The notes beneath the pieces were generated by a model. That model was given only the letters and a program-made list of their open reading frames with translations. It was not told the DNA's origin and made no database searches. A stretch of 60,072 bases of DNA, the filler included, from Catajapyx aquilonaris (lineage: Eukaryota), in the NCBI GenBank assembly GCA_000934665.2. It is 4 parts of 4 records of this genome, joined end to end, with 100 filler letters (N's around TTAATTAATTAA, not from the genome) between each part and the next. Parts side by side here need not be neighbours in the genome. Positions count along the whole stretch, not along the records: positions 45,103 to 60,072 come from JYFJ02007652.1; 3 more parts are not named here. The stretch is one strand, 5' to 3'. The position numbers were made by a program, and so were the translations under genes. This document shows positions 50,793 to 60,072 of this stretch, in pieces; position 1 is the stretch's first letter, and the number at the start of each line of letters is the position of its first letter.

Positions 50793-51503
50793 TAGGCATG
50801 CAATGAAAATAAATGTGGTGCTTATACTGGTGTTACATCTGGGCTGCACCAGACTGTAATAGACTACCTAGTTTTACTGGAGGTTACTTTCAATTACACT
50901 GGGCAAGAAATAATTAAAATTTGGATGAGCTCTGACGGAACAAAACAAAAAAAAAAAGTCCTGCTTGAACTACGCGCCACAGTTCAGTTCCTAGTTTAAT
51001 ATCGCGTTCCTCTGTCCAACGCGCTGGTCCACTCGGGTCCACTACTCGTTTTACCGTTTTACCCGGTTTTACCACGGTTTTACGTAACCTAGAACTAAAA
51101 TAGTCTTAAGTGTGCTCTGTTACTCATGTTAATAATTTAAAAATAGTCCAGATTTATTTAAATGCGTTTTTGGTTCAGTTGTTCCTTGTCTGACGCTCTG
51201 GTAATGGCGGACGGGTTTGGCTGGTTTCTTGCCGGGAGATCCTCACGTTTGATCGTCTTTGCCTAGTCTGACGTTTTATTCGGAGGCTGGGAAGGCAGGT
51301 GATTGCGAGAGGGTGATTCCTACTCCGAGGAGGAGGAGAAGCCGTGGAGAAGGTAGCGTGTCGTACATCCTTCATGTGCACTTGCAACGTGACCAACCTC
51401 ATGCCTTCATGTTGCCTTTCAACCTGCAAAATTGTGGATAAGCAGACCCAGCGCATGGTAGCTGACTAGCTGTTGTGTCTCTTTGTGCAGGAAACACTTG
51501 GCC

Positions 51504-54500
51504 ATGGCGGATGAAGATGACATAAAGGAGTACCGGTGGGAGACTGGATACGAAAAAACATGGTGAGTCACACTGGCTGCCACTACATAATGGTACACTT
51601 GTACCTCGTAATAATTGTCTTTAGCATGTGAACACTTCTGGTGCTGCATTATTATTAACTTGATGAAAGCACGAGATTTCAGAGTTTGCTTAATACGCGG
51701 TTCCTTACCTGCACAGGGAGGCTATAAAGGAGGACTCAGATGGCCTTCTGGAACCATCAGTGGCCGAAATTATTCAGAAGGCAAAGCGTCGCAGGCAGCA
51801 GGAAAGGGGGGCTGGTGTGCGACTGGGTATGATGCGACATTTGTATCTCTTGGTCGATATGTCGCAATGTATGACTGAGCAAGATCTGAAGCCCAACCGT
51901 CAGCTCTGTGTAATCAAACTCCTGGAAGCCTTTGTGACCTCCTTTTTCGACCAAAACCCTATTAGCCAACTAGGGATCATTGCCACCAGGAACAAGAGGG
52001 CTGAGAGAATCTCAGAGATGGCTGGAAATGCTAGGAAGCATATAGAGGTAAAGAGGAATATTTGTAGTTATCCAATATGCATTAAAATTAAGGGCTCAAA
52101 GCAAGACGTGGTCAGTAATGAAGCTTTGTAGCCAACCTAAGTTATGGGAATTTGTAGATCCTGCAGAGTTACTATCACAAAATATGTCGCAAGCGTGGCA
52201 TAAATCTGCCAGATGCTGATATTCCTTTGCAAACCAAGATATTGATGCACAAACTTTGTTTCCCAAAAAGAAGGTGACATAACAAGGTCCACATTACTGT
52301 TTTATTGAATATTTTAAAAAGCTGCGAAATTAATGCAAATTTATGTCTTTGTTCAGATTTGCATTGCAATTATTTTCAAACTTCTATAACTGGAATTTTC
52401 TCTGTGTTGAAGTTTTTCAGCTCCTTTTGAGATTCATGTTATAGAAGTTTCAGTGCACTGCACTAGTTTTATTATCAAAATCTCCTTTTGTAGGAAAATG
52501 TATTGTTGCATCTAGTCATGGCATTACAATGTTCCATGACCACCAATTTCAACATTTGTAATTGCCTTAGGTGTTGGAAGAATTATAGCGGTTCTTAACC
52601 TGGGGTGCCCGCACCCCTAGGGGGTGCGAGCAAGGTGCACCTCTGGACTTAGTCTAACTATGAACTTAATCAATCACTCCTGATATAAGGGGTGTGACAA
52701 GGACCAACTGTCTTCAAAGGGGTCTTCAAAGGTTAAGAACCACTATGTTAGTAAGTTCGGTTAACCCTAAGGACAATGGGTGTAATAAATACTCCTGCAG
52801 CTAAAGGTATTATTGACTAGACTTTTTCAAAATACAAAGCAAAGTATTTTGGAAGTTCTTTTCACAAATTTGCGTCCACTCTACTCTTCCAGGTCATTCG
52901 TCGCTTGAGTGATTTTACCTGTGGAGGAGAGGTATCTCTGCAGAATGGGCTAGAGCTTGCTCTGCAATATCTGGGCAACATGCCTGCACATTCTAGTCGA
53001 GAGCTTCTAGTGATATTTGGTAGCCTGACGACCTGTGACCCTGGGGATGTGTCAGTGACTGTCCAACAGGCAAAGAAACTTGGAGTCAGATGCTCAGTAG
53101 TGGGGCTGGCTGCAGAAGTGAGGCTCCTAAGGCATCTGACTAAAGAAACAGGAGGAGAGTTTGGAGTCATGCTGGATGAGCACCACCTGAGAGAGCTGGT
53201 GTTAGGCCATGCTAGTCCACCACCCCAACAGCAACAGCAAGGTGGAGCAGAAGGTGCATCCGGAAGTGAAGCCTGCCTGATTAGGATGGGATTTCCACAT
53301 CACTTCAGCACTGGAGACAGGGTGGCAGCACCTGCCATGTGCATGTGGTACGTTTTGCTGTGCAAATGGAATATGTTTCTCCATTGTAACTTTTATTTGA
53401 CCCTTGCAAGCAACAAGTGCCTCTAGCACTACTTTCTGATACTGTAACACAGGTAACAACCCTTGCACTACCATAATTTTTCAATTCATTCTTGGGTTTT
53501 ATAGCTGTGAAAATGAATAGTGTATTTTGTAGAATATACATGTTACAGTATTTCTTCTGCTAGAATGTGTTTCAGAGTTTAGCTAATATTAATTTTGGTG
53601 GAATGGAAGTGTCCAACTTTTATTTCCCTGGTATAATGCAACACATCTTACTCACATCATGTGAAGTGGACTTCATTGAACTGAAGCTGAATAGATTGAC
53701 ATATGACAGGATCAAAGCAGTAGTAATAATACACAACTACACAAGCCCCCATTTTTGTGCAGTGATACATTGTATTACTACTATATTGATCCAAACTATG
53801 AAGCCTCATTTCAGTGACGTCTACATCACTTGACAAAAGGTGTGGTGCATCATGCCAGGGTAATCAAGATTATATGCCTCCATTACAGATGTTAACTCCT
53901 GTGAATGAAGTTAGGGGGTGGAATCATTCTGAGTCTTTCCATCAGTAACTCACTGCCACATGAAAAAACAAGTGGAAATGGTCGACAGAAAGATTTTTAC
54001 CATTGTAGCTAAATTATGAAACACAAGGTGTGTGCAATTTCATGTTCCTGAAAATGATGGCATTCTTTCTCTAGCCACTTGGACAACGAAAAGGAGCCAA
54101 GCAAGATGTCAACCAAGGGATATGTGTGCCCGCAATGCAGCAGCAAGTACTGCGAGCTTCCTGTGGAGTGCAAAGCATGTGGTCTGACTTTGGTGTCCGC
54201 CCCACATTTGGCGAGGTCATTCCATCACCTCTTTCCAGTCAAACCCTTCAAGGAGGTGGACAACTCGGATGGAAGGCATTCCCACTGTGCAGCCTGCCAG
54301 TTCAATCTGGTCCCCCAGTCGAAAACAGTTTGTCTCACACAAAATATTTCTCAAAGATGCAGTGGGGCCTCTGTATCTGCAGATTCAACCAACTGCCAAT
54401 TGAAAGCATTTGGGAAATTAACAAATACCAGGAATCCAAAAGGCAAAACATCTAGAGATCATGGGAGGATGTGTGTAGGTCAGGGCTATTCAACTAGTTT

Positions 54501-55401
54501 ATGAGAAGGTCCAGTATTTACCTTTCCTGGGCCATTGAAGGTCCGGACCCCCACCCCCACCCCGGGTAAAGATATTAATTTTATGCAGAAATTTTTTTTG
54601 GAGCGGGCCCATTTCATAAGCACCAGGTGAACAAGCCGTAAAGGGCGGGGGAATTTTTTCTCTTTTTTTTTTGGTGGGTTCAAGGTCACACGAGCTTAGG
54701 TGAATGTGGGAGATTTGAATGGGTGTGTATTTAATGAAATTGGTAGCACTTTTTCCAAAAAATCACGAATTAGTAATATTTCTAATGCTATTTCAAACTG
54801 TCCTGTATATCGTCGCGGTCTGGACAAAAATTGGGTCGCGGTCCGGATCCGGACTGCGGTCCGCCAGTTGAATAACCCTGGTGTAGGTCATATGCATATA
54901 CTACGCCATGTTCTGTAAGGATCTGGCCCATCCACAGATATGAGTATCTGAAGGTCCTGGAACCAATACCTGCAGACTCTGAGAACCCACTGCATATACA
55001 GTACTTTGTAGGATTTTGATGCTAAGGACTTTCTCATTTATTAAGTGAATATGAGTGGGATAATTTTTGGGTGAGTCACAAAGACTCAATTTATTATTTG
55101 GCATAATGTTTCATGACTTGGTTGCATTGGCAAATAGACCTACTGTTGTAGTTGTAATTGAGAAAGAAATAATCTTAGCCCCATGAGCTCTCGTAGCGAA
55201 TAGTGCAGAATGACAATTCAATATTTGTGATAATTTTCTTGTCTATTGCAGGTATACCAGTGTGAAGACTGCAAGAAAGTGTTTTGCTATGAATGTGACG
55301 CCTTTGCACACGAGACTCTTCACACGTGTCCTGGTTGTGCTTCCAATCCAGACTTATATGAGAAATTTCAAGGAGAGTCCTCCCAAGAGCAAGTGCGATA
55401 A
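51504..55401 (+). CDS. GTF2H2: General transcription factor IIH subunit 2 (p44/Ssl1)
   Basis: Exons 51504-51562, 51717-52047, 52893-53347, 54075-54327, 55252-55401. Motifs YRWETGYEKTWE, RLGMMRHLYL, FFDQNPISQLGII, SLQNGLE, GSLTTCDPGD, GLAAEV, LIRMGFP, CPQCSSKYCELPVECKACGLTLVSAPHLARSFHHLFP and the C-terminal C..C...FCYECD.FAHETLHTCPGC. Confidence 0.96.
52586..52746. mobile_element. hAT-like MITE in a GTF2H2 intron
   Basis: tagcggttcttaacct ... aggttaagaaccacta. Confidence 0.6.
54481..54880. mobile_element. hAT-type non-autonomous element in a GTF2H2 intron
   Basis: TIR cagggctattcaact / agttgaataaccctg; perfect 8-bp TSD gtgtaggt at 54473-54480 and 54881-54888. Confidence 0.87.
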
Positions 55402-56803
55402 AGTGATATGACCACATGTTCATGTGTAGCTTTCTGGGCGGTTGGAAAATAATAAAAAAGTGTACAAAAAAAGATATGGCAATGGGATCCCAATAACTTT
55501 CAGTTTTGTGATTCATCACGCACTTGGTAAACATTATGTCAGAGAGATTACAGACATGATGCAAAAACATGCCCTAAAAGTTTGTTTGCGTGACCCGAAA
55601 ATGATAAGCAAGTCATACGAAGGCAGAAAAAACGTGCCAGTCTACCCCTTTTTGCGGCTTAAAATAAATGACCCATTTAGAAGTCAGTTAGTGATATTTC
55701 CCTCCCCATATGTAGGGGTGAGATTACACTTAAAAGTGAAAGTGCTGGGATCAACATACTTGGACATCCAAGGCACGTTATGATTAGATTAGATTGGCAG
55801 GAATATGTGTGTGTCCTTCACTGTGTCTGATTAATTTTTTTTTTTTTTACAATTGTCCGTTTGGACAACATTCAGGGCTTATAACATGAAATGTTTCAGT
55901 TGGAAAGTCCGCAAAGTTTAGCTGTTCACAAACTGTGTGTTGTGGCTGAAGCCAGTGTCTACTGCGAGACCGTGAAAGGAAGTTCAATTCCACTAACTCG
56001 GTTGTATGCTGTGGAGATCGATATATTCAATTAAACAAAATGGCTGGCTCAACATTGTCAGGGTACAGTATTAATGAGAACCATGCATTGCTTGTAGGAA
56101 AGGAAAACTGAAATTGGTGTGTATGAGTAACTGCCAAAATAATTAATGTTTGTTTAATCTTGGAAGGATTATGTATTAAACCATTACTGTACAGTGCAAG
56201 ATGATAGCCAACGGATGAAACATGTGAATCAAGATTGATGAGGTTTGTTATTTCAATAGTTATGTGGAATTCCTTTCAGTTTAGCAGCAGCATGTCCACA
56301 AGTATCCTTCCTGGCAATAAGGGAATTTAATTATGACAAATGAGCACTTCTAAAGGCCATCAGTTTTCGTTTGACATATGATGAATAGTTCAGGGTGTCT
56401 TTACTTGTGCGTCTTGCAGTTTGATAGTACATTGCCCTTAGCACCATTTCATGCTGATGGTTGCGGTATGCAACACTTGGGTCACACACTCCATAACTCA
56501 ACTAACTTATCTCACTCTTTTTTTTCTCTCTTTGTCTGCAGCTGTGCTCCAATTTTCAGTTCTCCAATTGATATAATTTATTAGTTACAGGTCTTATCTG
56601 ACCCCCTGTTCTTGATCCGCACCACCAGCATCAAATCCAGGAAGTGTATGCATATTAAAAGGTTGTCCGCAAGGCATACACCATGTGTGGGGAACAACTC
56701 TTTCGGTTCTGATCATCCTACATAATTGAGAATGTCAAAAATAGGTTTTCATTACTACTGATCAGTAACATGTAGATTAAAAGAAATATATTGGAGGCAC
56801 ATG

Positions 56804-56804
<1 letters not shown>

Positions 56805-56881
<77 letters not shown>
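56805..56881. repeat. (AAT)n microsatellite
   Basis: Uninterrupted aat run. Confidence 0.95.
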
Positions 56882-58282
56882 GGTACAGTGCTTGAAAAGG
56901 CAATGTGTTAATGTTAACAGACATGACAAAAATCAGAAAAGTACGTAGTTGTATGTATACTACCCAATAATAATAATAAAAAACGAAGCCATCACAATGA
57001 CTTATCACCCAGATAATCCGCCCAGCAGTCCAACATTTACAGAAATGAAGAGGACAGTCAACATCTTTATCAGGCGGTCGTCCTGGAGTGGATCACACAA
57101 ACGGAGTGGGTTACTGCACCGGTTCCCCAGTAACACACCAATAATCTCTGAACATGCTATGTACATAGTATATGTTACGCCTCATCTTTAAAAAACGCGA
57201 TTACGCTATACGTACTGTATATTCATTTCTGAATTTAACTGGTTATGTTATGGGCCTCATAATCACATTGAAGATATGTTTTTTTTGTTTTTTTTAGGTA
57301 ATGGAGCTATAGGTGCATTGCACATGCATTTTTTTGTGTGGTTGGTACGGTGTGCTGTACTGCAATATTATTATAGTGTACACAGCAGGCCATACCGTAT
57401 CGGTCGAATACGGTATTGCAGCCGAATAGTGTGCAACTCAGTCAGTTGCGTGGGCATGAAGTGAGAGGCAAAGGTCGCAAAAAAAATGATAAAAGGAGGG
57501 CGATTGGATAAGGGCCGCACGCGGGGAACTTCCGATTGCGTCACGAGGAGGAGGAAGTACCAAAAAGGGGCAGGTCCCAGCTCAAAAGGGTGCCAGGCCA
57601 GATGAACCAGAAGGAACTGGTGACGATGAATCATTGGCCCCAGCCCTTTCTGGCTGGTGCATATAGCTAAGCAACAAGTGGTTCTTGAGGCGGGAATAAC
57701 GGGACAGCAGCTGCTGGTCTGGCTGGATGGGCTGAGGGCCAGTTGACACCAGTGTCATCATCGGATGCTCATTAGCACATTATAAAAAAGAGAGGTATAG
57801 GCCAACTAGGGTGATTAGAGAGTGGCATAAGTTTACTTGACCCTGGGTGTGATATAAGCGGAGGGGTGCGTAGTATTATAAAGTTTCTTGTATAGAATTT
57901 GGGTGACAGTTGCTCGTGAACTGGAGGTTTATCGTGTTGGGGGGTTTCATTATCTGAAAGTGCATGTGTTTTGCTTGTGCGGTTTAGAATGAGTTGCCAG
58001 TAGCTGAAGGGATACGATCAATATGTATGGAGCTATCAGGATGGCGGAGTAAGTATAGGCGTATTGAGATGTATCGCAGTTTCGTGGCATGCCGCGCTCG
58101 AGCGATACATGGAGTGTTGAATTATGCATTCGGGAGACGGGGGATCATCCCAGCTGCTGAAACTGTGCTAAGCAGTATTACGCATTAGTAAACAAAACTG
58201 TAATAGTGTTAGGGCCCAGGTTATGGCCTTTCTAATCCAAGATCGCAGTGAAAGTATGGCAGGTACCATTGTAAATCATCTC

Positions 58283-58893
58283 CAAAGAACAGATTTCTAG
58301 GTTCTAAAAAACCCTCAAATAGGTAGGCATTTATGTCCTGAAAACAGTTAACATAGGCTCTTAAATAGGCACTAAAAATCACGCAGGTTCTAATTTATTT
58401 TCAGTCCCATGTGATATAGCCATGTAATTTTGCGACACAGTACGGTAACAAATATTGCAGTTGTTCCATATTTTAGTTTTTTATTATTATTTGTTGGCGA
58501 TGCCTGTGTGACAGTACAACTTTATACGCTGGAAATGACCTTTCGACGTCACACAAAGTAACTGGATGATTCTTGAAAATTAAATGTCTTGTACAGCCAG
58601 TTCACCTGGCATGTCTATAGGCTACAGCTTCTTCGCTATTCGCAGGTTGAAGCGGGAGGGATGACTTGAACAGAAAACACGTAAAACTACCAAAAGCATT
58701 ACGAAGAGCCGTAAATACGTGAAAATAGGCGCTAATATGCCATTTAGGTCCCAACATTTGCAACTAGGGGATTTTAGGTTTTATAAAACTCTGATTTTTG
58801 AGGTCCTTGTGTTATGAAATGGATAGATATTTTGGTTCCGGTGTACTGCCTACAAAATAAAAAGTAGGTAAAAACCTAGAAATCTGTTCTTTG
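58283..58893. mobile_element. Non-autonomous DNA transposon (hAT-like)
   Basis: TIR caaagaacagatttctaggtt / aacctagaaatctgttctttg; imperfect 8-bp flanks atcatctc / cttatctc. Confidence 0.68.
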
Positions 58894-59674
58894 CTTATCT
58901 CTTTTTATTGGCCAAAACTGTAGGTTACTGTAGTTAATCTCCTCTGGTTATTGAATGAAAGCAGATATGGCTTGAGAAACAACAAATTTGTTTACTTAGA
59001 TTGTAACCAGCAGTCACATGCTGTGTATTTCGTTGTGTTAAAAAAAACAAAAAACATGATTGAAATTCTCAGGTCTTCTGTCAAAGATAAATTTTGCTGA
59101 TGTCCATGATTTTTAATGACAGTTGTAGCCTACCTTATAATATTAGGCCTACTGTAAATGAAAGCATGAAACAGTGCAATTCATAAGTTGTGGAAACATA
59201 TGAGTGTGTGACCTGTGACTTTGCAATTTATCATGCTTGAAATGATGTATGTAAGGGTACCTTCTGGAATTTTGCTTTCCTTTTTTATGGAAATACTAGG
59301 TGATGCCCAATTTTTAAAGCCACATAGAACTGAAAGTAATATTTAATTCATTCAGTGCTTACTCCACAATGCATAAATGCTTCAAGCTGGGTAATGCAAT
59401 TTGGAAAAATGAGTGTGCATGTGCTATTTTTCTTCAAGTGAAGGTTTAATGAACAATGTACAACTCAAAAAATTGGGCATTACCTCCTATATGCAGAACA
59501 ATTTTTTTTGAAATCCATGAAGGTTCTGATTATTCTGGCCATTTCAAGCGCAAAAATGTTTACAACTCAAGGAACGGAAATAAAACCCATGAGTGCATTA
59601 TGAATGCTTTAATTTCCCATAAATGGCCATGAGGGCATATAACTTTTGTCTCATGAGGCCATGTTATGGGAAGG

Positions 59675-59732
<58 letters not shown>
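59675..59732. repeat. (ATT)n microsatellite
   Basis: Uninterrupted att run. Confidence 0.95.
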
Positions 59733-59733
<1 letters not shown>

Positions 59734-59982
59734 GTCGTCAGTATTTAATTTTGAAAAGCCATATAGTGCAATGTACTTGGCGTTGGCCATGTAATCTCAT
59801 AGCCTTCTACCTTTTGCAACCGGTAACAAATCAGTGACTGTTATCACTAATGCAATAGGATTGATAAGAACCGAAACGGCTCCCTCTTCTGTGCGTCACT
59901 CGTCTGTTCCATCACTTTCAGGGAAAGCAGAGAGTCTGGTTACTGGGAGTTTGAAGAAAGCCAACCAGGAAGGGTGACGACA

Positions 59983-60072
59983 ATGGCGAGTATATTCAGA
60001 AGTCTGATGCGGAAAAAGATATTGGATCTGGACCAGATAGAAAACACCAAACTCAGCAGATGCTTAAGCACT
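59983..60072 (+). CDS. N-terminus of a cationic amino-acid transporter (SLC7 CAT/slimfast-type), running off the window
   Basis: After the acceptor actttcag (~59921), ATG 59983 reads MASIFRSLMRKKILDLDQIENTKLSRCLST. This resembles the CAT-family R(R/K)K...T(R/K)LSRCL(N/S)T segment that precedes DLxALGVG. Only 30 codons are visible. Confidence 0.62.
   Translation, partial: MASIFRSLMRKKILDLDQIENTKLSRCLST

Noticed and set aside
56590..58190. Possible retroelement remnant (FLDL-like peptide on the minus strand near 56640)
   Set aside because: A single short motif with no other reverse-transcriptase motifs in frame.

Overview
Eukaryotic, intron-rich, AT-rich genomic DNA, most likely from an arthropod (it has a clip-domain protease and an OBP-type Cys pattern). 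It is not one locus: four ~14.9-kb pieces (1-14952, 15053-29978, 30079-45002, 45103-60072) are joined by identical 100-nt N/TTAATTAATTAA/N spacers. Most ORF-track entries are spurious, so I rebuilt the genes by hand from splice signals. Piece 1 holds a 3'-truncated clip-domain serine protease. Piece 2 holds a decayed Tc1 transposon, a 3'-truncated PLP-dependent class I/II aminotransferase and nested MITEs/SINEs. Piece 3 is the most interesting part: a head-to-tail array of six genes (A-F) plus one pseudogene fragment encoding ~130-139 aa secreted proteins with 8-10 Cys. Their C-x3-C...C-x13-16-C-x8-C core resembles odorant-binding proteins, but the N-terminal region is shortened and there are extra terminal cysteines. 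They share a 36-nt micro-exon, and three of them use a GC-AG intron. The ORF track shows only fragments of them. Piece 4 holds complete WRAP73 (WDR8) and GTF2H2 (TFIIH p44) genes and the first 30 codons of a cationic amino-acid transporter. All product calls rest on motif recognition; no database search was run.
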